A DNA stretch of 64,000 nt from Fastidiosipila sp. (lineage in GTDB: Bacteria; Bacillota; Clostridia; Saccharofermentanales; DTU023). This document shows, one piece after another, positions 34,954 to 44,816 of the stretch. The DNA lies in the NCBI GenBank assembly GCA_012511175.1, contig JAAZGO010000010.1:69563-133562 (forward strand). The letters are read 5' to 3'. The first letter of the stretch is position 1. Each line of letters opens with the position of its first letter. Under the pieces are notes generated by a model. That model did no database searches. It worked only from the letters and a program-made list of their open reading frames with translations, and was not told the DNA's origin. The translations under genes were made by a program, and so were the position numbers.

Positions 34954-36177
34954 ATGGCAAAAACTGCAATTGATTACGATCGCATACGTCAAGTAGCTGA
35001 GAGCTACAAAGAAGATATGGTTAAATTCCTTCGCGACCTGATCAGGATCCCCGGTGAGAGCTGCGGAGAAGAAGGCGTGGCGCGCCGGATTAAAGAAGAG
35101 ATGGAAAAACTGGGCTATGACAAAGTCGAGTTTGACCAGCTTGGCAACGTACTCGGCTGGATGGGGACGGGCGACCGCATCATTGCCTACGACGGCCACA
35201 TTGACACGGTTGGCATCGGTGAGATTACCAACTGGAAATTTGATCCCTACGAGGGCTATGAGAATGAGACCGAGGTCGGTGGACGCGGTGCTTCAGATCA
35301 GCTGGGCGGTGTGGTGTCCTCTGTGTATGGTGTCCGCATGGCCAAGGACCTGGGCCTGATCGATGATGACGTGACGCTGCTGGTCACCGGCACCGTCCAG
35401 GAGGAAGATTGCGACGGCATGTGCTGGCTCCACCTGATCGAAAACGAAAAGATTAAACCCGAGTTTGTCGTTTCGACCGAGCCGACCGACATGCATGTCT
35501 ACCGGGGCCACCGCGGGCGGATGGAAATCCGTGTCGAAGTCAAGGGTATTTCCTGTCACGGCTCTGCGCCGGAGCGCGGTGAAAATGCCATTTACAAGAT
35601 GGCCGATATCCTGAAGGAAATCGAAGAACTGAACAACCATCTGAAGGATGACCCCTTCCTGGGCAAGGGAACGGTCACCACCTCTCAGATTTTCTACACC
35701 TCGCCTTCCCGCTGTGCGGTTGCGGACAGCTGCGCCATCTCGCTGGACCGCCGCCTGACCTGGGGAGAGACCTGGGAATCGGCAATCGCTGAGATTGAAG
35801 CCCTGCCCTCGGTCAAAAAGCACGGCGCTGTCGTCACCATGTACAAGTATGACCGCCCGTCCTGGACCGGTTTTGTTTACGAGCAGGAATGCTTCTTCCC
35901 CACCTGGGTCATTCCCGGGGACGCCCCCCAGACCCGGGCGCTTGTGGATGCCTACACCGAACTCTACGGTGCTCCCAAAGTCGACAAGTGGACTTTCTCA
36001 ACCAACGGCGTGGCCATCATGGGCCGGCATGGCATACCCTGCATCGGCTTGGGCCCCGGCAAGGAAGCCCAGGCACACGCACCCAACGAAATCACCTGGA
36101 AAGAGGATCTGGTCCGCTGCGCGGCCATCTACAGCGTCATGCCCAAGCTGTACGTGGACATCACCAAAGAAGCCTGA
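34954..36177 (+). CDS. ygeY: YgeY-family selenium-metabolism-linked M20 peptidase/hydrolase
   Basis: 407 aa. M20 metal ligands are in context ([17 protein letters not shown]) and the gene sits next to ygeW as in E. coli. Confidence 0.88.
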   Translation: MAKTAIDYDRIRQVAESYKEDMVKFLRDLIRIPGESCGEEGVARRIKEEMEKLGYDKVEFDQLGNVLGWMGTGDRIIAYDGHIDTVGIGEITNWKFDPYEGYENETEVGGRGASDQLGGVVSSVYGVRMAKDLGLIDDDVTLLVTGTVQEEDCDGMCWLHLIENEKIKPEFVVSTEPTDMHVYRGHRGRMEIRVEVKGISCHGSAPERGENAIYKMADILKEIEELNNHLKDDPFLGKGTVTTSQIFYTSPSRCAVADSCAISLDRRLTWGETWESAIAEIEALPSVKKHGAVVTMYKYDRPSWTGFVYEQECFFPTWVIPGDAPQTRALVDAYTELYGAPKVDKWTFSTNGVAIMGRHGIPCIGLGPGKEAQAHAPNEITWKEDLVRCAAIYSVMPKLYVDITKEA

Positions 36178-36339
36178 GGCAGATTGCCTTTCGAAACCCG
36201 GAGCCGGGACTTCCGCAGTGAAGTCCCGGCTTCTTCATCCGGATAGGGTGGGGCAAAACTGGTAAACTAAAGACCAGCCGCTTTGTCTCCGGAACAGGCA
36301 GCTGTACAAAAAATTCCAACCAGGGAGGGGTGGCCAATC

Positions 36340-39300
36340 ATGAGCGACATAATGAGACCCATCAGTTTTGCCAATCTAATCGAGTGGAGCCTCAGCGAAT
36401 ACAAAAAACAGGGAAGGGTTTTCGGACTTGACAAGAGCAAGTTCTATGAAAACCGGTCGGGGAACCGTTTTGTCACCCCCTTTGGTGACCGGATCGCGTC
36501 CGCGATCGGGCCGGCCGCAGGCCCCCATTCACAGCTGGCCCAAAATATCATTGTTTCCTACTTGGCAGGCGCGCGCTTCATTGAATTGAAAACGGTTCAA
36601 AAAATGGACGGTGAAGAGATCCGTCAAGCGGTGGCCAAGCCCTGCATCAATGCAGAGGACGAGTGCTACAACTGCGAATGGTCAACGGAACTGACCGTTG
36701 AGCAGGCCTTTGACGAATACGTCAAGGCCTGGATTGCCATCAAGGTGCTGGCACTTGAATTCGGCCTGTCCGACGGTAATGATTTTGCTTTCAACATGAG
36801 TGTGGGCTACGACCTGGAGGGCATCAAACTTCCAAAAATGGATGCTTTTATCGAGGGCTTGAAAGACGCCTCACAGATTCCTCTTTTCCGGGAATCCATC
36901 GGCTACCTGAAAGACCACCCGGGTCTGTTTGAGAGAGTGGTTGAAAAAGATCTCGATGCAATTTCCCCGCATATCTGCCGCCAGGCAACCCTGTCAACCC
37001 TCCACGGCTGTCCGCCGGATGAGATTGAACGGATTGCCCATTACCTGCTGACCGAAAAAAAGGTTCACACCTTTGTCAAGTGCAATCCCACCATGCTGGG
37101 TTATGAATTTGTGCGCCGGACCTTGGATGACCTCGGCTACGACTATATTGCCTTTCCAGATAAACACTTCCTGGCCGATCTGCAGTATCCCGACGCGGTG
37201 GGGATTTTCACCCGCATGCTGGCTGTGGCTGAAGAAGAAAAGCTGGCTTTCGGCGTCAAGCTCTCCAATACCTGCCCGGTCGATGTGGCGCGCGGCGAGG
37301 TGCCGTCTGAGGAAATGTATATGTCGGGCCGGGCCCTCATGCCTTTGACCATCAATCTGGCCCTCAAACTGTCGCGCGCCTTTGAAGGCAGACTGCCGGT
37401 CTCCTTCGCGGGCGGCGCCGATGCCTTCAATCTGCAGGACCTGCTGGAGGTGGGGATCGGCCCCGTCACCGTCGCGACGACACTCCTAAAACCAGGCGGT
37501 TACATGCGCTTGGGCCAGATGGCCCGTCAAACGGAAAATCTGCTGGGCCCGGGCGGCAGGATTGACCTGTTCAAGCTGGAGAAACTGGCGGCGAAAATGG
37601 TGGCCGACCCCCGCATGCAAAAACGCTGGCGGGAAAAAGTTGCCTCCAGAAAAACGGCATCTGAACTGCCGCTCTATGATTGCTACAAGGCGCCCTGCAA
37701 GGACGGCGGCTGCCCGATCGGACAGCAGATTCCCGAGTACAATACCCTGGTTGCCAGGGGCGAATACGATCAGGCCATGCAGGTTATCGCCATTGACAAT
37801 GCCTGCCCGACCATTACGGGAGTTCTGTGTGCCCAGCCCTGCAGGGAAAAATGTACCCGGCTGGATTACGATGTCTCCCTTCACATGAGAGAAATCAAAC
37901 TGGAGGCGGCGGATGAGGCCCAGGACGCTTACATCGAAAAAATGACCGTCAACCCTTTGAGAACCGGCAGTAAAGCCTGTGTGATCGGGGCGGGTCCCGG
38001 CGGCATGGCCGCAGCTTATTATCTGAGGCGAAACGGAATCGAAACCCATGTCTACGAAAAGCGGGCCGCCTCCCACGGTATTGTCCGCTATGCCATTCCC
38101 TCCTTCCGGATCAGCGAAGAGGAAATTGACCGCGACTTCCGTCTGGTTGAAGCAACGGGCGTCACTTTCCATTTCGGCGCCAGCCCGGATTTCGATCTGC
38201 ATCAACTGAAAAAAAGCTATGACTATGTCATTGTCGCGACTGGGGCCTGGGCCGAAGGCCGTCCGCCCGTCAAAGAAGGCGGAGAGCTGGTGCTGGATGC
38301 CCTGGACTTTTTGACCGCTGTCAAGGAAAAAGGGCCCCGCAGCCTGGGCAGACGGATTGCAGTCATCGGGGCGGGCGATGTCGCCATGGATACGGCACGG
38401 CTCGCCAAACGGATGCCGGGGGATCCGGAGGTGATCATCGTCTACCGCCGGACGGAAATGTCCGCGCCCGCCAGTCAAGACGAATTCGATGAGGCCATGA
38501 AAGAGGGCGTCGGCTGGCTGGAACTCCTGGCTCCAGTCAGCTATGACGGGAAAAATCTGGTCTGTGAAAGACAAAAATTGGGTGCCTTCGACGAATCGGG
38601 CCGCCGTTCCTCGATCGGCACAGGTGAATTTGAAACCCTGGAGTTTGATACGGTGATCGGGGCTACCGGCGCCCGCGTCGACAAGGGTCTTTTTGAAAAA
38701 TTGGGCGTGGCCACGGACCGTGACGGCAACCCCCGGTTGTCGGAATACATGGAATCCTCCATCGATGGCGTCTACCTGGCCGGTGACTGCCGCCGGGGAC
38801 CCTCGACCGTTGTGGCTGCGATGGGAGACGCCAAAAAAGCGGCTCTCCACATTCTGGCCAGGGAAGGTCTGGATCACGACTTCATCCATGTCCCGGTTCC
38901 TGTTGACGAGGCAGTCATTCTCGAGCGCCGCGGGGAACTTGCGTCGGCACGATTGCCTTCCGAAGAAGGCCTCCGCTGCCTGATCTGCGACCAGGTCTGC
39001 CGTATCTGTACGGAAGTTTGCCCCAACCGGGCCAATGTGGCCATACCGGTTGCCGGTTTTGTCAACGCGGAACAGATCGTCCATATTGACGGCATGTGCA
39101 ACGAATGCGGCAATTGCGCCACCTTCTGCCCCCATGCCGGCAAACCTTACAAGGATAAGTTAACAGTTTTCTGGAACGGGGCGGATTTTGCCGATTCAGA
39201 CAATACGGGCTTCCTGCAGCTTGAACAAGGCCTGTATCGGATCCGTGACGACCGGGGCCGTGTTTATGATGTGGGGCAGGATGAACTGGCGGCCAAGGCA

Positions 39301-39387
39301 GGTGACCGGATGGCAGCGGTTGTAACGGCTGTTGCCAACAAATTTCCCTGGTTATTGAAGAATGAACAGGATTGCAGGCAGCCCTGA
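36340..39387 (+). CDS. ygfK: YgfK-type multidomain Fe-S flavoprotein (annotated elsewhere as putative selenate reductase subunit YgfK)
   Basis: ORF 36283..39387 trimmed to ATG 36340 behind AGGGAGGGG. It has a GltD-like 4Fe-4S segment (CYKAPCKDGGCP...CAQPCREKC), two dinucleotide folds (VIGAGPGGMAAAYYL, IAVIGAGDVAMD) and a C-terminal 2x[4Fe-4S] ferredoxin (CLICDQVCRICTEVCP, CNECGNCATFCP). Confidence 0.88.
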   Translation: MSDIMRPISFANLIEWSLSEYKKQGRVFGLDKSKFYENRSGNRFVTPFGDRIASAIGPAAGPHSQLAQNIIVSYLAGARFIELKTVQKMDGEEIRQAVAKPCINAEDECYNCEWSTELTVEQAFDEYVKAWIAIKVLALEFGLSDGNDFAFNMSVGYDLEGIKLPKMDAFIEGLKDASQIPLFRESIGYLKDHPGLFERVVEKDLDAISPHICRQATLSTLHGCPPDEIERIAHYLLTEKKVHTFVKCNPTMLGYEFVRRTLDDLGYDYIAFPDKHFLADLQYPDAVGIFTRMLAVAEEEKLAFGVKLSNTCPVDVARGEVPSEEMYMSGRALMPLTINLALKLSRAFEGRLPVSFAGGADAFNLQDLLEVGIGPVTVATTLLKPGGYMRLGQMARQTENLLGPGGRIDLFKLEKLAAKMVADPRMQKRWREKVASRKTASELPLYDCYKAPCKDGGCPIGQQIPEYNTLVARGEYDQAMQVIAIDNACPTITGVLCAQPCREKCTRLDYDVSLHMREIKLEAADEAQDAYIEKMTVNPLRTGSKACVIGAGPGGMAAAYYLRRNGIETHVYEKRAASHGIVRYAIPSFRISEEEIDRDFRLVEATGVTFHFGASPDFDLHQLKKSYDYVIVATGAWAEGRPPVKEGGELVLDALDFLTAVKEKGPRSLGRRIAVIGAGDVAMDTARLAKRMPGDPEVIIVYRRTEMSAPASQDEFDEAMKEGVGWLELLAPVSYDGKNLVCERQKLGAFDESGRRSSIGTGEFETLEFDTVIGATGARVDKGLFEKLGVATDRDGNPRLSEYMESSIDGVYLAGDCRRGPSTVVAAMGDAKKAALHILAREGLDHDFIHVPVPVDEAVILERRGELASARLPSEEGLRCLICDQVCRICTEVCPNRANVAIPVAGFVNAEQIVHIDGMCNECGNCATFCPHAGKPYKDKLTVFWNGADFADSDNTGFLQLEQGLYRIRDDRGRVYDVGQDELAAKAGDRMAAVVTAVANKFPWLLKNEQDCRQP

Positions 39388-39413
39388 ACTGCCGGCAGAC
39401 AGGAGGGAGCAAA

Positions 39414-40736
39414 ATGATTATCGGTAATGGAAGACTGGTGACCAATGACCCGGATCACCCCTATTTTGAAAAAGGCGCCGTGCGTGTAGCCGGTGAGCTT
39501 ATCGACGCGGTCGGCAACTTTGACGACCTGAAAGAACAATACCCCGATGACGAGGTGCTGGACGCGGAGGGACGCGTCATTATGCCGGGCATGATCAACG
39601 CCCACACACACATTTACAGTTCCTACGCCCGGGGAATGGGCGTGTCCAAGCCGACACGGAACTTTCCTGAGATTCTGAAAAACCTCTGGTGGGCGCTGGA
39701 CCGCAGCCTGACCATGGAAGACAATGAACTGTCTGCCTATACGACCTACATTGACAGTATTCGCAACGGTGTGACGACCCTCTTTGATCATCACGCCAGC
39801 CCCCATGCCGTGGAGGGTTCACTTTTCACCTTGGCTGAAGCGGCAAAGACCATTGGCATCCGCGGCTCTTTTTCCATGGAACTTTCCGACCGCGACGGCG
39901 TCAAAGTAGCCGAACAGGAAATCAAGGAAAATGTCGATTTCATCAAAGCCATGAACACGGACGAACAGGATATGGTCAAAGGCATGTTCGGCATGCATGC
40001 CTCCTTCACGATTTCAGACAAGACCATGGAAAAGGTCAGGACCGCCATGGAAGGCATTGATGCAGGATACCACATCCATGTCGGTGAGGGCCGGGAGGAC
40101 CAGTATGACAGCCTGAAGAAGTACGATATGCGAGTGACGGAGCGGCTGTTGGGCTGGGGTCTGCTGGGCCCCAGGTCAATCGCGGTTCACGCCGTTAATG
40201 TCAACGGACGTGAACTCGATATCCTGGCGGAAACAGATACGACGGTTGTCCACAATCCCATGTCCAACATGGGCAATGCGGTCGGGGCCACTCCGGTTCT
40301 CGGCATGCTGCGCCGCGGGATCCGCCTGGGTTTGGGCACAGATGCCTACACCCACGATATGTTTGAGTCCATCAAGGTCTCAAAGATCCTGCAGTCGCAC
40401 CGTCTGTCCGATCCGACGGTCGGTTTTGCCCAGGCCCTGAAACTGCAATATGAAGGCAACCCGGCCATCGCTGCCCTCCACTTCAGGCGGCCACTCGGTG
40501 TTTTAAAGGAAGGGGCTTATGCCGATCTGATTACACTCGACTATTATCCCTTCACACCTTTCGGCGCTGACAACTGGAAAGGCCACCTGCTCTTTGGCGG
40601 CTACGGCCGTATGACCCGCGACGTGATGATCAACGGCAGGATTGTCATGAGAAACCGCGAAATCCTGACGGTCGACGAAGAGAAGATCTTCGCCCATGCG
40701 GCAGAACGGGCCGCGGCTATCTGGCCCAAGCTGTAG
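39414..40736 (+). CDS. ssnA: SsnA-type amidohydrolase (chlorohydrolase/aminohydrolase family)
   Basis: ORF 39372..40736 trimmed to ATG 39414 behind AGGAGGGAG. Contains the metal-binding PGMINAHTHIY and HVGEG, and follows ygfK as in E. coli. Confidence 0.85.
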   Translation: MIIGNGRLVTNDPDHPYFEKGAVRVAGELIDAVGNFDDLKEQYPDDEVLDAEGRVIMPGMINAHTHIYSSYARGMGVSKPTRNFPEILKNLWWALDRSLTMEDNELSAYTTYIDSIRNGVTTLFDHHASPHAVEGSLFTLAEAAKTIGIRGSFSMELSDRDGVKVAEQEIKENVDFIKAMNTDEQDMVKGMFGMHASFTISDKTMEKVRTAMEGIDAGYHIHVGEGREDQYDSLKKYDMRVTERLLGWGLLGPRSIAVHAVNVNGRELDILAETDTTVVHNPMSNMGNAVGATPVLGMLRRGIRLGLGTDAYTHDMFESIKVSKILQSHRLSDPTVGFAQALKLQYEGNPAIAALHFRRPLGVLKEGAYADLITLDYYPFTPFGADNWKGHLLFGGYGRMTRDVMINGRIVMRNREILTVDEEKIFAHAAERAAAIWPKL

Positions 40737-40790
40737 AAAACCGGGGCACCCCGGATCCACGGGGTGCCTGATCAATCCAAGAGGATAAGA

Positions 40791-42194
40791 ATGGAAGAAT
40801 CTGTATTGCTCAAGGACGGCTTTATTGTCCTTCCCGACGAGACCCTGCGGGGCAGTATCCGGATCAAAGGCGAATCCATTGAGGCAATCGGTGACTTGAC
40901 CCCGGAAGATCAGGAAGAGGTCCTCGACTGCCGCGGTCTTTATCTGCTGCCGGGCGGCATCGAGACCCATACACACCTCCAGCTGGAATCCATGGGTACC
41001 GTGACCGCTGATGATTTTGCCAGCGGCACCCGGGCAGCCCTGGCCGGGGGAACGACCACAGTCATTGATTTTGCCACCCAGTTTCACGGCGAAACCATGG
41101 CAGAGGGCTTAAGGTGCTGGCACCAGAAGGCGGACGGCAAGTGTGCCATCGACTACGGCTTTCATATGGCCCTGACCGAATGGAACCAGGGCCTGAAAGA
41201 AGAAATGGAATCGGTCGTCGAGGGGGGTGTCACTTCCTTCAAGATGTATATGGCCTACAAAAACAACATGATGGTCCAGGAAGACCAGATTTATGATGCC
41301 CTGGAGGAGGCGCAGCGGTTGGGGGCCACCATCGGTTTTCATTGTGAAAACGGACTGCTGATCGATGTGCTGGTCCGCCGTGAACGTGAACTGGGGCACC
41401 TGTCGCCTTATTACCATCAAATCACCCGGCCGCCTGAACTGGAGGAGGAAGCCATTGTCCGGCTGGAGGCAGTCAATCATCTCCTCCATGCCAATCACCA
41501 CATCGTCCATCTTTCAACCGCCAGGGGCCTCGGCGCCGTCCGGCGGTCCAGGGACCGCGGCATTCATGTTATTGTCGAGACCTGTCCGCAGTACCTGCTT
41601 CTGGATTCTTCCCGCTACGGCGGCCCGTCCAATGATGACTTTGAGGCGGCCAAGTTTGTCATGAGCCCGCCGCTGCGTGAGCGCCGGGACCAGGAGGCCC
41701 TCTGGAGCGGGTTGGCCTCCGGTGAAATTCAGTTCGTCGGCACCGATCACTGCTCCTTCAACTTCAAAGGCCAAAAAGAGATGGGCAGGGGCGATTTCTC
41801 GAAAATTCCCAATGGCGCGCCGGGTATTGAGCTGCGCTATCATCTGCTCTACAGTTTTGGCGTCGCCCGCGGCCGGATGGACATCAACCGTTTTTCCGAG
41901 ATCACTTCAACCAACGCGGCCAAATATTTCGGTCTGTACCCGCGCAAGGGCATTCTGCAGCCGGGCAGTCATGCCGATATTGTCGTCTTCGACCCCGAGC
42001 CGGAATGGACGGTCAGGTCGGAGGATCTTCACGAAAACTGCGACTACACCCCCTACGAAAACTTCCCGCTCAAGGGCAGGGTGCGGGACGTATTCCTGCG
42101 GGGCTGCCGCAAAGTTGTTTCTGGTAAGATTGTGAGGGAGGAAGCGGATGGCCGGTACCTCAGAAGGCAGCTGCCCGACATGGACATCCACTGA
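40791..42194 (+). CDS. hyuA: cyclic amidohydrolase: D-hydantoinase/dihydropyrimidinase (HyuA/YgeZ type)
   Basis: ORF 40764..42194 trimmed to ATG 40791. Contains PGGIETHTHL, a carboxylated-lysine context SFKMYMAYK and VGTDHCSF. Confidence 0.88.
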   Translation: MEESVLLKDGFIVLPDETLRGSIRIKGESIEAIGDLTPEDQEEVLDCRGLYLLPGGIETHTHLQLESMGTVTADDFASGTRAALAGGTTTVIDFATQFHGETMAEGLRCWHQKADGKCAIDYGFHMALTEWNQGLKEEMESVVEGGVTSFKMYMAYKNNMMVQEDQIYDALEEAQRLGATIGFHCENGLLIDVLVRRERELGHLSPYYHQITRPPELEEEAIVRLEAVNHLLHANHHIVHLSTARGLGAVRRSRDRGIHVIVETCPQYLLLDSSRYGGPSNDDFEAAKFVMSPPLRERRDQEALWSGLASGEIQFVGTDHCSFNFKGQKEMGRGDFSKIPNGAPGIELRYHLLYSFGVARGRMDINRFSEITSTNAAKYFGLYPRKGILQPGSHADIVVFDPEPEWTVRSEDLHENCDYTPYENFPLKGRVRDVFLRGCRKVVSGKIVREEADGRYLRRQLPDMDIH

Positions 42195-42245
42195 TTCAAA
42201 GAGCAAGAGTTATGGTATGAAGGACCAACGAAGGAGGAAGCAAAC

Positions 42246-44816
42246 ATGCCTTGGACTTTAACCGTCAACCGGCAAAATTACAGCCTTTCACAAGACAAGC
42301 GGCTGATCGATTTCCTGCGGGACGACCTGGGCCTGACGTCTGTCAAGGATGGTTGCAGTGAAGGCACCTGCGGCACCTGTTCGGTCATCGCGGATGGAAA
42401 ACTTGTCAAATCCTGCATCATGAATGTGTCGCGCTTTGATGGATCCGGCATTACCACAGTCGAAGGATTGTCTCCCCGTGAAAAAGAAGTTTACGTTCAC
42501 GCCTTTGCCGAGTGCGGTGCGGTCCAGTGCGGTTTTTGCACACCCGGCATGGTCCTGGCTGCCAAGGTTCTCCTCGATAACAACCTCAACCCCAGCCGGG
42601 ATGAGATTAAAAAGGCCATCACAGGCAATCTCTGCCGCTGCACCGGCTATAAAAAAATCATCGATGCCATTGGGATGGCGGCTGAGTTTTTCCGGGAGGA
42701 CAAAGCGGTTCCCGCCGCCGATACTGAGATCCGGGTCGGCGACCGGTCCCAGCGCATTGATGTCATGGAGAAAGTTCTGGGGACCGGCAGGTTTCCTGAT
42801 GATTACCGATTTGACGATATGGTCTACGGACGGGCACTGCGCACACCTTACCCGCGTGCCCGCGTCAACCGGATCGATATTTCGAAGGCATTGGAGCACC
42901 CTGACTGCATCACTGTTCTGACCGCGGCCGACGTGCCCAACAACACCATCGGTCACATCGTCCGGGATTGGGATGTCATGATTCCGGAAGGGGGAGTGAC
43001 GCGCTATATCGGTGACTCGGTTGCCCTGGTCGCCACAGGTAAACGCGAAAGCCTCCAGGAGGTCCTCGATCTGATTGAAGTTGATTACACCGAGCTGGAA
43101 CCAATTCTGGATCCCTTTGAGGCCATGAAGGAGGATGCCCCGAAAATCCACGAAAAAGGCAACATCCTGTCAAGCGAACGGCTGATTCGCGGAGATGCCC
43201 ACAAGGCCGTTGCCGAGGCGGCGCATGTGGTGACGGAGACCTACCGTGTTTCCTGGCAGGAACATGCCTTCCTGGAGCCGGAATGCGCCATCGGATGGCC
43301 TTCCGAAGACGGCGGAGTCCATCTGATTACCGCCTCCCAATCGATCTATGATGAGCAGCGTGAAGTGTCGGAGATGCTGATGATCGAACCGGAGCGCGTG
43401 CATATTCAGTCAGGCCTGGTCGGCGGCGCTTTTGGAGGCCGCGAGGACATGAGCGTGCAGCACCATGCCGCCCTGCTGGCCTGGAAAACGGGACGCCGTG
43501 TCAATGTGAGGCTGTCACGCTATGAGAGCACCATCGTCCACACGAAGCGGCACCCCATGACCATGAAGATGACTACCTCCTGTGATGAAAAAGGACGGAT
43601 CACGGCCCTGATCGCAGAGATTGTCGCCGATACCGGAGCCTATGCCTCACTGGGAGGCCCCGTCACCCAGCGGGCCTGCACCCACGCAGCCGGACCCTAC
43701 AATTTCCAGAATATCGATATTTCGGGCAAGGCCGTCTACACCAACAATGTTGTATCAGGCGCCTTCCGGGGTTTTGGCGTCACCCAAAGCTGCTACGCCA
43801 TGGAATGCAACCTGAATCTGCTGGCGGAAAAGTGCGGCATGGATCCCTGGGAATTCCGCTATCTCAATGTGGTCAGGCCGGGAGATGTGCTGCCCAACGG
43901 CCAGATTGTGGATCCAAGCTGCGGTATTGCTGAATGCCTGGAAGCGGTCAAGGAAGCCTATCAATCCAGCCCCTATGCGGGCATCGCCTGCAGCTTTAAG
44001 AACAGCGGCCTGGGTGTCGGGGTTCCTGACTTCGGTCGCTGCACGCTGTCAGTTGAAAAGGGGAAGGTCCATATCCGCACCTCTGCTGCCTGCTCGGGGC
44101 AGGGAGTCGCCCAGGTGGTGACCGCCGTCGTCTGTCAGACACTGGGCTGCGACGTGACCGACACAGTTTTCGAACTGCCCAACACGGACCGTACCCCGGA
44201 CGCCGGAACCAGCACGGCCTCCCGCCAGACTCTTTTTACCGGGGAAGCAACCCGGCAGGCGGCCCAGGACTTGAAAAGAGCGCTTGACGCGGTCGGGGGC
44301 GATCTGTCCAAGATGGAAGGCATGGAATTCTTCGGTGAGTTCGGCCCTCCCACGGATCCGCTGGGCTCACCCAAGGAGCACCCGATCAGCCACATTGGCT
44401 ACAGCTACGGCTGCGAAGTGGCCATACCGGATGAAAAAGGTGAAATTCAGAAGATGGTAGGAGCCTACGATGTCGGAACACCGGTCAATATCACCGCCGT
44501 GGAGGGACAGATCGAAGGCGGCTGTGTCATGGGACTGGGATATGCCCTGACCGAGGATTTCGTCAACCCGGGCGGTATTCCCAAGTTCAAGCTGGGCACC
44601 TACGGTCTTTTCCGGGCCAACCGGATTCCTGAAATCGAGACGTATGTGGTCAAGGGACCGGGATACGTTGATGTCGCCTACGGTGCCCGCGGAATCGGTG
44701 AGCTGGCCTGCATCCCCATCGCACCGTCAGTCGCCCATGCCTATTTCAGGCTGGACGGCCGGATGAGGACCAGTCTTCCCATGGAGGATACCTTCTACCG
44801 GAAGAAGAAGGCATGA
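42246..44816 (+). CDS. molybdopterin hydroxylase large protein with fused N-terminal [2Fe-2S] domains (selenium-dependent xanthine dehydrogenase type)
   Basis: 856 aa. The N-terminus has CSEGTCGTCSV and CGFCTPGM...CRCTGY (two 2Fe-2S clusters), followed by an aldehyde oxidase/xanthine dehydrogenase Moco body (GGAFGGRED, GFGVTQ, GQIEGG). No FAD domain is present. Confidence 0.88.
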   Translation: MPWTLTVNRQNYSLSQDKRLIDFLRDDLGLTSVKDGCSEGTCGTCSVIADGKLVKSCIMNVSRFDGSGITTVEGLSPREKEVYVHAFAECGAVQCGFCTPGMVLAAKVLLDNNLNPSRDEIKKAITGNLCRCTGYKKIIDAIGMAAEFFREDKAVPAADTEIRVGDRSQRIDVMEKVLGTGRFPDDYRFDDMVYGRALRTPYPRARVNRIDISKALEHPDCITVLTAADVPNNTIGHIVRDWDVMIPEGGVTRYIGDSVALVATGKRESLQEVLDLIEVDYTELEPILDPFEAMKEDAPKIHEKGNILSSERLIRGDAHKAVAEAAHVVTETYRVSWQEHAFLEPECAIGWPSEDGGVHLITASQSIYDEQREVSEMLMIEPERVHIQSGLVGGAFGGREDMSVQHHAALLAWKTGRRVNVRLSRYESTIVHTKRHPMTMKMTTSCDEKGRITALIAEIVADTGAYASLGGPVTQRACTHAAGPYNFQNIDISGKAVYTNNVVSGAFRGFGVTQSCYAMECNLNLLAEKCGMDPWEFRYLNVVRPGDVLPNGQIVDPSCGIAECLEAVKEAYQSSPYAGIACSFKNSGLGVGVPDFGRCTLSVEKGKVHIRTSAACSGQGVAQVVTAVVCQTLGCDVTDTVFELPNTDRTPDAGTSTASRQTLFTGEATRQAAQDLKRALDAVGGDLSKMEGMEFFGEFGPPTDPLGSPKEHPISHIGYSYGCEVAIPDEKGEIQKMVGAYDVGTPVNITAVEGQIEGGCVMGLGYALTEDFVNPGGIPKFKLGTYGLFRANRIPEIETYVVKGPGYVDVAYGARGIGELACIPIAPSVAHAYFRLDGRMRTSLPMEDTFYRKKKA

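Noticed and set aside
37486-39135. Very long antisense ORFs. Examples are 37486-39135 (-, 549 aa), 26594-27799 (-, 401 aa), 32871-33926 (-, 351 aa), 42288-43151 (-), 47347-48225 (-), 20757-21521 (-), 16845-17594 (+), 18317-19060 (+) and 24746-25546 (-).
   Set aside because: Each lies fully opposite a gene with strong family motifs. Their translations are low-complexity and Arg/Gly/Pro/His-rich, with no motifs. These are typical shadow ORFs in GC-rich coding DNA.
40743-40768. GC hairpin GGCACCCCG-gatcca-CGGGGTGCC between ssnA and the hydantoinase gene, considered as an internal terminator.
   Set aside because: No U-tract follows, and the flanking genes are clearly one functional unit. It is probably an mRNA structural element and is not called as a terminator.
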